From Spirochaetota bacterium (lineage in GTDB: Bacteria; Spirochaetota; UBA4802; JAFGJZ01), in NCBI GenBank assembly GCA_027858855.1, contig JAQIBV010000039.1, positions 84,990 through 148,989 of the forward strand: 64,000 nucleotides of DNA. The letters are read 5' to 3'. Of this stretch, positions 27,754 to 38,195 are shown in pieces. The notes under the pieces are model-generated. The model ran no database searches, was not told the origin of the DNA, and saw only the letters and a list, made by a program, of their open reading frames with translations. The first letter of the stretch is position 1. Every line of letters starts with the position of its first letter. The translations under genes and the position numbers were made by a program.

Positions 27754-28185
27754 ATGACATCCGTGAAGAATATGATTCCTCTTCTCAGAAGAGATAAAAA
27801 CATCTCTCAGGTAGAGTTAGCGAAAAAACTTGGAGTCTCTCCATCGTATTTATGTAAGATAGAAAAATCACTACAAACACCATCTTATGGTTTCGTACAA
27901 AAATGTGCGGAAGTTCTTGATGTTCCAGAGAAGGAGCTTTTCCCTGGAAAACTCAATCACAAAGAGATCACCCGGGTATTAGCCGAAAAAAATAACCCAA
28001 TATGGATCGAACGGACAAAGAAAGGTTTAAAGCAGGTAGAACTTGCTCGTTTGATAAATTGCTCTCCATCGTATTTAAGTAAAGTTGAAAACAATCAAAT
28101 AACACCAACTGATTATTTTCAGACTATTTGCGCCAAGGTCTTAAAGAAAAAAAGATCATATCTTTTTCCTATTGTACAAAAATGA
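27754..28185 (+). CDS. XRE-family protein with two tandem helix-turn-helix domains
   Basis: ISQVELAKKLGVSPSYLCKIEK and LKQVELARLINCSPSYLSKVEN. Confidence 0.75.
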   Translation: MTSVKNMIPLLRRDKNISQVELAKKLGVSPSYLCKIEKSLQTPSYGFVQKCAEVLDVPEKELFPGKLNHKEITRVLAEKNNPIWIERTKKGLKQVELARLINCSPSYLSKVENNQITPTDYFQTICAKVLKKKRSYLFPIVQK

Positions 28186-29426
28186 TTACAATTAATCCTC
28201 TTTTATTATTAATTATTCTGGGGCTTGGTTTATCCGCTTTTTTTTCCGGATCAGAGACGGCTCTTTTTTCTATTACTAAATCTGAATTATACAATCTTGC
28301 TTTTTCCGAAAATCGCCGCGACAATCTGATAGCTTCAATAATGAAAAAGCCCAGGCGTATCCTCATAACAATTCTCATTGGCAATCTGATCTCTAATATC
28401 TTTGTTACAACAGTATCCACAACATTTTTACTCGACACATTTGGAGAATATGGTCATTTTATTGCTATTGCCGTTGTAACCCCCGTAGTAATCATTTTTT
28501 GTGAGATTGTTCCTAAAATAATCTCACTGTCAGCAGCTGTTTCAATCTCAAAAATAATAATCCGACCGTTACATTTCTTTTATAGAGTATTCGCTCCTGT
28601 CAGAACCTTTTTCCTGTTAATCTCGAATCTGTTAATCAGTATATTTAATCTTAAAATCGAGAATAGCAGTAACTTATCCGAGCGTGAAATAGATATCGCA
28701 ATAAGATTGAATGAATCACAGGGTTTTATTGACAAAGAAGAGAGTCGGTTCATAAAAAATGTTTTGAAATTCTCTAAAAAAAGTGCAGAGAATGTAATGA
28801 TTCCCCGCAATAATGCAATTGCGATTTCCGAGAACTCTTCTATTAAAGATGCTATTCGCATATTCAAATCTTCCGGTGTAATGCGAGCACCCGTTTTTCG
28901 TGAAAATCTTGATACCATTACCGGAATTATCGATTCAAGAGATCTAATTCCCTATGTATATGGAATTAAAAAAGGAAAGTCAATAAAACGACTAATTCGA
29001 AAAGTTAACTATTATCCGGAATCAAAGGAGTTGGTAGATCTGTTAAATGCATTTTTAAAAGATAAAATTCAAATGGCAGTATTAATCGATGAATATGGTG
29101 GTACTTCCGGTATTGTGACTCTTTCATCAATAATAAGTGAGGTTATGGGGGAAAGCTTTAATCTTGACGATTCCAAACAAAAAGGAGAAATAAGAAAAAT
29201 TAAGTCTGTTACAGTCGTTGATGCCGAAATTCAAATTGATGATTTTAATGATAAATTTCGAACTGATATTTCGAGTAATGAATCTGAAACAATTGGCGGT
29301 TATATAATTGAACAGCTTGGACACATTCCTCAGAAGGGTGAATATATACTTGTTGAAGAGTTAATGTTACGAATCCGGAATATCCGGAAAAACAAAATTC
29401 TGACTGTGGAAGTAAAAAATATATGA
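28182..29426 (+). CDS. CNNM/TlyC-family protein (DUF21 membrane domain, CBS pair, CorC_HlyC)
   Basis: FFSGSETALFS at the N-terminus, a CBS pair, and a C-terminal transporter-associated domain. ATGA overlap with the HTH gene. Confidence 0.85.
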   Translation: MITINPLLLLIILGLGLSAFFSGSETALFSITKSELYNLAFSENRRDNLIASIMKKPRRILITILIGNLISNIFVTTVSTTFLLDTFGEYGHFIAIAVVTPVVIIFCEIVPKIISLSAAVSISKIIIRPLHFFYRVFAPVRTFFLLISNLLISIFNLKIENSSNLSEREIDIAIRLNESQGFIDKEESRFIKNVLKFSKKSAENVMIPRNNAIAISENSSIKDAIRIFKSSGVMRAPVFRENLDTITGIIDSRDLIPYVYGIKKGKSIKRLIRKVNYYPESKELVDLLNAFLKDKIQMAVLIDEYGGTSGIVTLSSIISEVMGESFNLDDSKQKGEIRKIKSVTVVDAEIQIDDFNDKFRTDISSNESETIGGYIIEQLGHIPQKGEYILVEELMLRIRNIRKNKILTVEVKNI

Positions 29427-30685
29427 TCTCTGTAGTTGTATATCAAATTCTAATATTTTTTCTGTTTATCGCTTCTGCATTTTTTTCTGGATCAGAAACC
29501 GTCATAATATCAGCGAACAGATACGCCCTTGAAGAAAAAAAATCACGTAAACAGTGGGGAGCATCTTCAGCTGTATATATACTAAATAATACAGAACGAA
29601 CACTTTCTATGATACTGATTGGTAATAATATTGCCAATATCGTAGCTACGGCTTTTATAGCCTATGTCGCAACCCGCTATTATTCTGCTAACGATAAATT
29701 ACTGTTCATAATTACAGTTGTTCAAACACTAATTTTTCTTCTTTTTTGTGAAATTGTACCTAAAATTTTTTCTCATGCTAAAGCCGATTTTCTTCTAAGA
29801 CTGTTCTCGACACCTCTTCGCATACTGCTCTATGCTTTTTCCCCTGTAGTAAAAATCATAATGCTTTTAACATCAGCAATTAAACGTCTTCTTCGTCTGG
29901 GTGAAAGTGTTGATTCACGTATTCAGGCTCGCAACGAAATCGAGACTCTGTTTCAGATGGGGGAGGCTGCAGGCATTTTGGAAGAGAACCACAGAATTTA
30001 TGTGGATGAAATTATGTCTTTGCATGAAATTAAAGTCTATCAGGTTATGACCCCTACCATTGACATTATTTCCGTTGAAGAAAAACAGAGTTTGCGTTCT
30101 GCTATAAAATATATTGATAAGACAAAATATTCCCGTATTCCGGTTTATCGTGACCGTGTTGACAATGTCACCGGTTATATCTACTACAAGGATTTGTATA
30201 AAGAAATTGCTCCTGATACTCCCGTACACAAGATAATGCGTCAGGCAACTTATGTTCCGGGAAGTAAATCCATCTATACTCTTTTAAGTCAGATGCGAAA
30301 AAATGGAATCCATATGGTATTCGTTGTAAACGAATACGGCGGTGTTGAGGGATTGACTACGCGTGAAGACATAGCAGAAGAGATAGTAGGCGAGATACAG
30401 ACAACCGATCACTTCTCTGATGAAACGTTAATCAAGAAAAACAATGGTAGCTATTCAATCAAGGGAAGTCTTGATATCGAATACTTCTGTCGATTAATGA
30501 ATATTTCAATCCCCAACAAAAGCTTTGAAACAGTTGCCGGTTTTTTGAATTATAAATTTGACAGAATTCCATGCGAAGGCGAGCAGCTTGCCTATAAAAA
30601 TCTAAATTTCACAATTGAGAGTGCGTCCCTCACAATGATTGATCGTGTAAAGGTAACTATTAAACGTCGTTACAAGCGAAACTGA
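29423..30685 (+). CDS. CNNM/TlyC-family protein, tandem paralogue
   Basis: Same architecture as the upstream gene (FFSGSETVIIS...). Overlaps it by 4 nt. Confidence 0.85.
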   Translation: MISVVVYQILIFFLFIASAFFSGSETVIISANRYALEEKKSRKQWGASSAVYILNNTERTLSMILIGNNIANIVATAFIAYVATRYYSANDKLLFIITVVQTLIFLLFCEIVPKIFSHAKADFLLRLFSTPLRILLYAFSPVVKIIMLLTSAIKRLLRLGESVDSRIQARNEIETLFQMGEAAGILEENHRIYVDEIMSLHEIKVYQVMTPTIDIISVEEKQSLRSAIKYIDKTKYSRIPVYRDRVDNVTGYIYYKDLYKEIAPDTPVHKIMRQATYVPGSKSIYTLLSQMRKNGIHMVFVVNEYGGVEGLTTREDIAEEIVGEIQTTDHFSDETLIKKNNGSYSIKGSLDIEYFCRLMNISIPNKSFETVAGFLNYKFDRIPCEGEQLAYKNLNFTIESASLTMIDRVKVTIKRRYKRN

Positions 30686-31024
30686 TTAAACCAGACTTCC
30701 CAGTTTTTTACCAGCTAAAAGATGCACATGAAGATGAAAGACCTCCTGCCCTCCGTCAGAACCGGTATTGATAATTGTTCGGTATCCCGATTCGTCAATT
30801 CCAAGCTGTTGTGCTATTTTACGTACCGCCAGAAAAAGATCAGAATAAATATAGGCCTTACTCTCGTCAGTATCATTAATGCTTTCGGTACGTTCTTTAT
30901 GAACCACAAGAATATGCACGGGAGCTTTAGGATTTATGTCTTCAAAAGCGTACACAGAGTCATTCTCGTAAATCTTTTTGGATGGGATTTCACCTGCTAT
31001 AATTTTTAAAAAAAGATCATCCAT
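30686..31024 (-). CDS. HIT-family (histidine triad) protein
   Basis: FLKIIAGEIPS... and the HLHVHLL triad. Confidence 0.9.
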   Translation of the reverse strand: MDDLFLKIIAGEIPSKKIYENDSVYAFEDINPKAPVHILVVHKERTESINDTDESKAYIYSDLFLAVRKIAQQLGIDESGYRTIINTGSDGGQEVFHLHVHLLAGKKLGSLV

Positions 31025-31044
31025 TATATACCTCCCTCATTTTA

Positions 31045-33444
31045 TCATCGTAATTCATATCCAGACCTGTTAACTGTAGCGATAACCTGCTTCTGCAGTG
31101 TTTCTATCTCATCGGACGTGAGAGTGTGATCACCGCCATTAAATACAATTTTTAAAGATACAGATTTTTTGCCTGTCGGCAGGGGGTCACCCTCATAAAC
31201 CGCGACTACCTCTATATCCTTGATTTTTGAATTATCGTTAGTTGATGTTTTTTTGATCAGACGAATTATATCCCTGGCATAATCACGTGCCGCACAGACA
31301 ACAGAGATTTCAAAATTCACATCGGGATATTTCTGTAGTTCCTGAAAATGCATTTTCTGTTTTTGAGCGGTAAAAAGCATATTGATGTCAATATCAAAAA
31401 TTGCAGCACGTCCTTTAAAGTCGAAAGAAGCCTGTATGACAGGGCTCAACTCAAATATTCTACCGGCAAATGAACCGTCAACAAAAACATCTACCGAGCG
31501 AACAGGATGAACATAGGCCGGAGATTCGGTACTTACTTTAAAATCATATTTTTTTATTCTCAGTTTTTTAAAGAGGGTAGTAACAATGGTCTTCGCTTCA
31601 TAGAACATAACATCATGATTGCGCGAAAAAACAGAACCTGTGATACGGAAATTCTCTTCTGCAAGATCGGTAGAGTTCCGATCCTTTTTCAGATAAACAC
31701 GGCCTATTTCAAATAAACCAAACGACTTGAAATTCTTACTGTTCAGGCGAATATTCTGAATTATAGCCGGTACCATGTCATCACGCAGTCGATCGTGTTC
31801 AATAGAAAGCGGATTTTTTAACCTTAACTGCCTTTTAGTATCAACCTTTGCGCGGGTATAAAGCTCTTCGCCTACAAAGGAGTAGTTGTAAACCTCGCTC
31901 AATCCACAATTATAAGAGAGAATCTCTTTGATTCTACGTTCAAACCGGCGAAAAAGATTATATTCAGGAGTGGTACAGGGTACAAAAGGAGCCCTTGGAG
32001 TTATATTGTCATAACCAAAGATCCGTCCGACCTCTTCTACAATGTCAGCATCAATTTCTATGTCTTTCGTTGCACGATATGAAGGAACGGATATAGATAA
32101 CGAACCATGACTGTTTTCGACGTCATATTCGAGTGATGTGAGTATCCCGATAATCCGTTCATCAGTAATATCTTCACCAAGAAGTTTACGTATCTGATTA
32201 CAGTGTATTGAAATCGAAAGCCTGGGATTCTTTTTGGGATAGGCATCTATTAATGAAGAGGCCGCTTCTGCTTCAGGAATAATCTCTTTAATGAGTTGAT
32301 AACAGCGAATTATTGCGGCTTCACAAATCTCTGCATCAAGTGATTTTTCGAAACGCATGGCCGCATCTGTTCGCAGATTATATCGATGTGCAGTTTTACG
32401 TATATGTACAGGATCGAAGGTTGCAGCCTCTAAAATTATTTCAGTTGCATCATCATCAATTTCAGAATTACCTCCACCCATGACACCCGCAAGGGCAATC
32501 GGATTTTCCTTATCTGCAATAACAATATCATCGTTGGTTAGGATGTGTTCTCCTCCATCAAGGGTTGTCAGGGTTTCACCAGTGTTAGCCATTCTTACAA
32601 TAATAGAGTTTCCGGCCAGTTTTTTACGACTGAATGCATGCATAGGTTCGCCAATTTCTGCCATAACATAGTTGGTTATATCTACTATGTTATTTATAGG
32701 TCGCATACCGATGGATACAATACGGGATTTTAACCATTCAGGAGACTCTTCAATACGAATATTTTTTATGACCAGTCCACAATAGCGCTGTGCAGCATCG
32801 GGGCATTCTATAGATACGTGAAGAGGGTCATCGCCTGAAAAAGTATTTTTTAAGGAGTAATCTACCGGGTTTATCAGCTTGCGATCAAAAATAGCAGAAA
32901 TCTCCCGAGCAAAACCAATATGTCCCCACAGGTCAGGGCGATGAGTAATGGATTTATTATCAATTTCTATACGAACATCAAGACGATCCGGATATATTTC
33001 TGATAAGGGCTTACCAATTGGGGTTCCTTCGGGAAATATAAGAATACCTGCCGACTCTTCAGAGAGTCCCAGCTCTTTTTCTGAACAAAGCATTCCACAG
33101 GATTCCTGTCCGCGGATTTTACACTTTTTTATAACAAAATCTTCAGTAAAGCGGGTTCCCTCAAGAGCAAGGGCTGCTATATCACCAGCTTTATGATTTG
33201 GAGCTCCACATACAACCGTAAATATTCCCGTACCGGTATCAGCCTTTACTACTGTCAGGTGATCTGAATCAGTATGTTTATTAACCTCGAGTAATTTTGC
33301 AGTCACCGTTGTTTTTAGATGTCCGTTAATCTCTTCAGTACCCTCTGTCTCAGCCGTAGACATCGTTAACCTGGCGGAAATCTCTTCAGGTGAAAGGTCG
33401 TCAATGCTTACCAGGGTTTTTAATATATTAAGTGAAAGCCACAT
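31045..33444 (-). CDS. pheT: phenylalanine--tRNA ligase beta subunit
   Basis: 799 aa. N-terminal tRNA-binding domain, B3/4, B5 and C-terminal anticodon-binding domains. Lies directly downstream of pheS. Confidence 0.95.
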   Translation of the reverse strand: MWLSLNILKTLVSIDDLSPEEISARLTMSTAETEGTEEINGHLKTTVTAKLLEVNKHTDSDHLTVVKADTGTGIFTVVCGAPNHKAGDIAALALEGTRFTEDFVIKKCKIRGQESCGMLCSEKELGLSEESAGILIFPEGTPIGKPLSEIYPDRLDVRIEIDNKSITHRPDLWGHIGFAREISAIFDRKLINPVDYSLKNTFSGDDPLHVSIECPDAAQRYCGLVIKNIRIEESPEWLKSRIVSIGMRPINNIVDITNYVMAEIGEPMHAFSRKKLAGNSIIVRMANTGETLTTLDGGEHILTNDDIVIADKENPIALAGVMGGGNSEIDDDATEIILEAATFDPVHIRKTAHRYNLRTDAAMRFEKSLDAEICEAAIIRCYQLIKEIIPEAEAASSLIDAYPKKNPRLSISIHCNQIRKLLGEDITDERIIGILTSLEYDVENSHGSLSISVPSYRATKDIEIDADIVEEVGRIFGYDNITPRAPFVPCTTPEYNLFRRFERRIKEILSYNCGLSEVYNYSFVGEELYTRAKVDTKRQLRLKNPLSIEHDRLRDDMVPAIIQNIRLNSKNFKSFGLFEIGRVYLKKDRNSTDLAEENFRITGSVFSRNHDVMFYEAKTIVTTLFKKLRIKKYDFKVSTESPAYVHPVRSVDVFVDGSFAGRIFELSPVIQASFDFKGRAAIFDIDINMLFTAQKQKMHFQELQKYPDVNFEISVVCAARDYARDIIRLIKKTSTNDNSKIKDIEVVAVYEGDPLPTGKKSVSLKIVFNGGDHTLTSDEIETLQKQVIATVNRSGYELR

Positions 33445-33459
33445 AGCATAATCCTCTTA

Positions 33460-34488
33460 TTAAAATTGTTGTACAAATCGAATATCACCGCTTTGGAAAT
33501 GGCGTATATCGTTTATCCCATATCCCATCATAACCAGACGGTTCAGACCAAGTCCAAAGGCAAACCCTGACCATTCATCAGGATTAATCCCCCCCTGTTT
33601 CAGAACGTTAGGATGAACCAGTCCGCATGGAAGGAGTTCGACCCATCCTGTTTGCTTACAGACTGAACAACCGGAACCACCACAGATAAGACAATTAATA
33701 TCCAGTTCAAATCCCGGTTCAACAAAGGGAAAATAACCTGGACGGAGCCTGATTTTCACATCACACTTGAATATTTCCTTAAGAAGGGTCTTCATAAAGA
33801 AAATCAGATTCGCAACAGATATTTCTTTGTCTATCATCATCCCCTCTACCTGATAAAAGGTGTTTTCGTGAGAGGCATCAGTAGCTTCATAGCGGAACAC
33901 ACGGCCTGGACCGATTACACGGAAGGGGGGGCTATTTTTTTCCATTCCCCGTACCTGAATGGCAGATGTATGGGTTCGCAGAAGATTATTATCTTCTGTC
34001 CAGAAGGTATCCTGCATGTCCCGGGCAGGGTGGTGTTTAGGAATATTCAAGGCCTCAAAGTTATAATACTCTGTTTCAACCTCAGGACCATCAAGCACCG
34101 AAAATCCCATCGAAGTAAAAATATCTTCTATTTCATGCTGTATCTGGGAAAGCGGATGAACAAAACCATTATCCGAAGGAAATTCGGGAGTTCCATCAAG
34201 AGTAACATCAATCCACTCCTCAGAAAGACGTTTCTGAAGAATTTCACGCTCTATCTCATCTTTACGGTTATCAATAGCCTCATTAATTGATGTTTTTACA
34301 ACGTTTGATAATTTGCCAATTTCAGACTTTTCTTCAGGGGAAAGATCTTTTAATGTTCGGAGAATTGTTGTCAACTCTCCCTTTCTACCGAGAACGTCTA
34401 TTCTTATCTGTTCGAGATCAGCAGACGAATCGCATTTTTGAATTGATTCGAGAGAATTTTTCTGAATAAGGGTTAATTTGTTTTTCAT
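33460..34488 (-). CDS. pheS: phenylalanine--tRNA ligase alpha subunit
   Basis: HPARDMQDTF, FRYEATDASH and GFAFGLGLNRLVM class-II motifs. Confidence 0.96.
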   Translation of the reverse strand: MKNKLTLIQKNSLESIQKCDSSADLEQIRIDVLGRKGELTTILRTLKDLSPEEKSEIGKLSNVVKTSINEAIDNRKDEIEREILQKRLSEEWIDVTLDGTPEFPSDNGFVHPLSQIQHEIEDIFTSMGFSVLDGPEVETEYYNFEALNIPKHHPARDMQDTFWTEDNNLLRTHTSAIQVRGMEKNSPPFRVIGPGRVFRYEATDASHENTFYQVEGMMIDKEISVANLIFFMKTLLKEIFKCDVKIRLRPGYFPFVEPGFELDINCLICGGSGCSVCKQTGWVELLPCGLVHPNVLKQGGINPDEWSGFAFGLGLNRLVMMGYGINDIRHFQSGDIRFVQQF

Positions 34489-34717
34489 TATATATTCCGT
34501 AAATTTGAAAAAATAAAGGTAACTCTTTCATTGAAACGAGGCGGATAAAAGTCAAGAAAATAATTCGGACAACTTAGTATCATGTTTATCATTGACAACT
34601 TTAATTGACAGTTGTTAAGACATCATTAAATTAGAGGGAAATCGCAAAATTGTTATGTAAACTGGCGACTTGCCGTCCAGGGTTGAAATAAAGGATCTGA
34701 AATAGGGGAGGTACACT

Positions 34718-35386
34718 ATCAGCAAAACGGACAAACGTTTAATCAACTATTCACAGAAAGATATCGTATCTCTGTTAACTGATAAAACGGAACCTATCAA
34801 TGAAAGCCGTCTTATTCGTGATCTCTCAGAAATTTACGGTTATCCATCTATTATGGAAACTTCTCTCTTTGATATTCACTTTTCTCTGTTTCATACACTC
34901 TATTTGATTAAGTGCTCACTCGAATATAATCAGTTTTACACGCATATTTATACCCTTTACCTGAGAATGATTCCAATTCCACCTAAAGGACTATGTTCCC
35001 ACTATTGCGAACAGCGAGGACAATTCTGTTTAAAAAGCTGCGAGGGAAATTTATGCTTGTCCCATACTTCTGAATCATTAATCGCAAATATTCCGGTTAA
35101 TGCAGTTATGACCGCATTTTACCTTGATCCTGATAATATCAGTTTCCAGGATTACTTCTCTCTCGAAGATGGAATGAACAGAATTCTTATGTATGGTTTA
35201 TGTAAGACACAAGTTGATCAGGCACTTAAGCTCTTTGATCTGGAATCTTCGGAGTTTACAAAAATAAGATCAAGATATTACGAACTTGCAAATCTTCACC
35301 ATCCTGACCGGAATGGGGATCAGGAAATTATGAAAAAAATCAATAGTGCCTATATGCTTCTGGAGAAGATTTTCCCAGCTGAATAA
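34718..35386 (+). CDS. DnaJ-related protein with C-terminal J domain; start probably non-AUG
   Basis: J-domain YYELANLHHPDRNGDQEIMKKINSAYMLL. The frame is open from 34706, and the region upstream of the only ATG (34853) reads as coding (DIVSLLTDKTEPINESRLIRDLSEI...). GGAGG (34707-34711) lies 6 nt before ATC 34718. Confidence 0.55.
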   Translation: MSKTDKRLINYSQKDIVSLLTDKTEPINESRLIRDLSEIYGYPSIMETSLFDIHFSLFHTLYLIKCSLEYNQFYTHIYTLYLRMIPIPPKGLCSHYCEQRGQFCLKSCEGNLCLSHTSESLIANIPVNAVMTAFYLDPDNISFQDYFSLEDGMNRILMYGLCKTQVDQALKLFDLESSEFTKIRSRYYELANLHHPDRNGDQEIMKKINSAYMLLEKIFPAE

Positions 35387-35451
35387 TGTATTGACAAAAA
35401 ATGGCTGGATCAGGAATAGAGTAGTTGAGATCTTTATAAAAGAGGAATATA

Positions 35452-37224
35452 ATGTTTAAAGAGAGAAGTTATTGCGGTGATATTTCCGCTTCTAATATCG
35501 GTTCAACCGTTGAACTGGCAGGATGGGTCGATCGGCGACGTGATCATGGCGGTGTAATTTTTGTTGTTTTACGTGATGTCAGCGGTACAATCCAGGTGGT
35601 TACAGATGAGTCTACTTCACCTAAACAGCTTCAAACCGCTGAAAAACTTCGTAATGAATACTGTATTGCAATCAAAGGTGCTATTCGAAAAAGAGAAGAG
35701 GCCAATATCAACCCTAATATTATCAATGGAGATATTGAGGTTGTTGCCGAAAGTATAGACATTCTCAACGAATCGGAAGTACCTCCTTTTATGCTGGATA
35801 GTCGTGACCATATTCATGAAGAAATCCGCCTTAAATATCGATATCTGGATTTACGTCGTGAAGAGATGCGTGATACAATGATTGCGCGTCACAGAATAAT
35901 GCAGGCTACCCGAAGTTATCTATCAAATAATAGATTTATCGAAATAGAGACTCCAACACTGAATAAATCGACCCCCGAGGGAGCCAGAGACTTCCTTGTT
36001 CCATCCAGAATCAATGAGGGGCACTTCTATGCTCTTCCACAGTCACCACAGCTTTTTAAGCAGATTCTGATGGTATCTGGTTTTGACCGCTATTTTAATA
36101 TTGTGAAGTGTTTTCGTGATGAAGATCTCAGAAATGACCGTCAACCTGAGTTTACGCAGATAGACATGGAGCTCTCTTTTATCACTCCCGAGAGCATTAT
36201 GAAGATAATTGAAGGTCTACTAAAAGAGATTGTACATGCAGGTATAGGTAAAGAGATTGAGACTTCGTTTCCAGTTATTACCTACAAAGAGGCTATGGAT
36301 CGCTTTGGAAAAGATGCTCCGGACATGCGCTTTGGTTTTGAACTGGAGGATGTAACAGAACTGCTAAAAGATTCAGAATTCAAGGTGTTTGCAAACTCTG
36401 TTAAAAATGGTGGTGTTATTAAGGCACTACCAGTTGATATGGGCGACAAACTCTCACGAAAAATGATCGATGAATATACAGAGTGGGTTAAAATTTTCAA
36501 GGCCGGTGGTTTACCTAACTTCAGATATAATGAGGGTAACTTTGAAGGTGGAATCGCAAAATTTCTTTCAGACAGCGAAAAAAATGCGTTAAAAGAGAAA
36601 CTTAATCTTAGTGGAAATTGCGTAGTATTTTTTGGCTGTGATAAGAAAAAAATTGTTAACGACGCTCTTGGTAATCTACGAATAAAAATAGCCAAAGATC
36701 TTAATATAATCGACTACTCTAAACTCTGTTTTGTCTGGGTAATCGATTTCCCTCTATTTGAATATGATGAAGATGAGAAGCGTTACTATGCAGTCCACCA
36801 TCCGTTTACTGCACCTTCGGCTGCTGATATTGAAAAGCTTGATTCATTAACACCCGAAATTGTCGAAACCATATGTTCGGATGCCTATGACATTGTTTTA
36901 AACGGTAGCGAAATTGGTGGCGGATCGATACGTATCAATAAAATAGATCTGCAGAAAAAGATCTTTTCCATTCTTGGAATCTCAGAAGAGGAAGCAAAAG
37001 AGAAATTCTCATTTCTGCTGGATGCCCTTAAATATGGCGCACCGCCACACGGAGGGCTTGCCTTAGGTCTTGATCGAATCGTAATGCTCCTTCTTAACCG
37101 TGAATCTATCCGTGATGTTATCGCCTTTCCGAAGACACAAAAGGGGCAGTGTATGATGAGTGAGGCGCCGTCATTGGTAGACAAAAAACAACTTCGTGAA
37201 CTGTCCCTGAAAATAGTCGAATAA
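35452..37224 (+). CDS. aspS: aspartate--tRNA ligase
   Basis: OB-fold N-terminus and class-II motifs FRDEDLRNDRQPEFTQID and GGLALGLDR. Confidence 0.96.
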   Translation: MFKERSYCGDISASNIGSTVELAGWVDRRRDHGGVIFVVLRDVSGTIQVVTDESTSPKQLQTAEKLRNEYCIAIKGAIRKREEANINPNIINGDIEVVAESIDILNESEVPPFMLDSRDHIHEEIRLKYRYLDLRREEMRDTMIARHRIMQATRSYLSNNRFIEIETPTLNKSTPEGARDFLVPSRINEGHFYALPQSPQLFKQILMVSGFDRYFNIVKCFRDEDLRNDRQPEFTQIDMELSFITPESIMKIIEGLLKEIVHAGIGKEIETSFPVITYKEAMDRFGKDAPDMRFGFELEDVTELLKDSEFKVFANSVKNGGVIKALPVDMGDKLSRKMIDEYTEWVKIFKAGGLPNFRYNEGNFEGGIAKFLSDSEKNALKEKLNLSGNCVVFFGCDKKKIVNDALGNLRIKIAKDLNIIDYSKLCFVWVIDFPLFEYDEDEKRYYAVHHPFTAPSAADIEKLDSLTPEIVETICSDAYDIVLNGSEIGGGSIRINKIDLQKKIFSILGISEEEAKEKFSFLLDALKYGAPPHGGLALGLDRIVMLLLNRESIRDVIAFPKTQKGQCMMSEAPSLVDKKQLRELSLKIVE

Positions 37225-38189
37225 TGACAGATCAGGTTTTTGAGACAGAGGACCGGGCTCTTTACCAGAAGATCTGCGGTTTTAAGGATCAAAATTTAAA
37301 ATCCATTGAAGAAGCAATTTCAATAAGGCTTACTCCCCGTGGAACCTCGATTATCATTTCAGGTTCCCAGGAGCATGCCGAAATTGCAGAGAAGCTTCTT
37401 CATGTAATGTCCGATTTTCTTGCCGACAAGCCCGAAAACTACGAATTTGATCGTTTCGACATAAAATATCTGATAACGCTGGCTAAAAGTGGCGAAAAGA
37501 TAAATTTTGCTGCAATTAACCGTTTAAAGATTTTTATTCCCGAATCAAAAAAAAATGTATATCCAAAATCATTCAATCAGATACACTATCTCAGTGAAAT
37601 TGACAAAAAAGCCATAACTTTCGCCATTGGACCCGCTGGAACAGGAAAAACCTATCTGGCTGTGGCAGCCGCACTGAAAGAGTATTATAATGGTAAAGTC
37701 AGACGCATCATTCTTACCCGTCCAGCCGTAGAAGCAGGGGAGAATCTGGGATTTTTACCGGGAGATCTTGTTCAAAAGATTAATCCCTATCTCAGACCAC
37801 TCTATGATGCGTTGTTTGATCTGGTCTCTTTTGAAAAAATCGATGCAATGATGGAAAAAAACATCATTGAAATCGCTCCTCTGGCTTATATGCGGGGAAG
37901 AACGCTTAACGATGCTTTTATTATTCTCGATGAGGCACAGAATACGACAGCTTCACAAATGAAAATGTTTTTGACCAGACTTGGAAATAATTCTAAAATG
38001 GTAATTTCTGGTGATATTACCCAGATCGATATTGACAAACCCAAGCGTTCCGGTTTATTACTGGTAAGAAAAATCTTACGGAAGGTGAAAGATGTTAGCT
38101 TCGTAGAATTCAATTCTGAGGATATTTGCAGGCATCCTGTGGTAGAACAGATTATCAATGCCTATGAAGAGTTTTCCGGAGAACATTAA
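37224..38189 (+). CDS. phoH: PhoH-family ATPase
   Basis: GPAGTGKTYLAV Walker A and ILDEAQN. Start overlaps the aspS stop (TAATG). Confidence 0.92.
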   Translation: MTDQVFETEDRALYQKICGFKDQNLKSIEEAISIRLTPRGTSIIISGSQEHAEIAEKLLHVMSDFLADKPENYEFDRFDIKYLITLAKSGEKINFAAINRLKIFIPESKKNVYPKSFNQIHYLSEIDKKAITFAIGPAGTGKTYLAVAAALKEYYNGKVRRIILTRPAVEAGENLGFLPGDLVQKINPYLRPLYDALFDLVSFEKIDAMMEKNIIEIAPLAYMRGRTLNDAFIILDEAQNTTASQMKMFLTRLGNNSKMVISGDITQIDIDKPKRSGLLLVRKILRKVKDVSFVEFNSEDICRHPVVEQIINAYEEFSGEH

Positions 38190-38195
38190 ATAGTA

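Noticed and set aside
26896-28185. M23 peptidase plus XRE-type HTH as a prophage lysis/repressor remnant or toxin-antitoxin pair.
   Set aside because: There are no other phage genes, integrase or att-like repeats. The peptidase is translationally coupled to PBP1A and the HTH gene to CNNM transporters, which fits core envelope operons.
34489-34705. T-box or leader-peptide attenuator upstream of pheS.
   Set aside because: No specifier-loop/T-box consensus and no Phe-rich mini-ORF were recognised. Only sigma70-like TTGACA boxes facing the DnaJ-related gene were seen.
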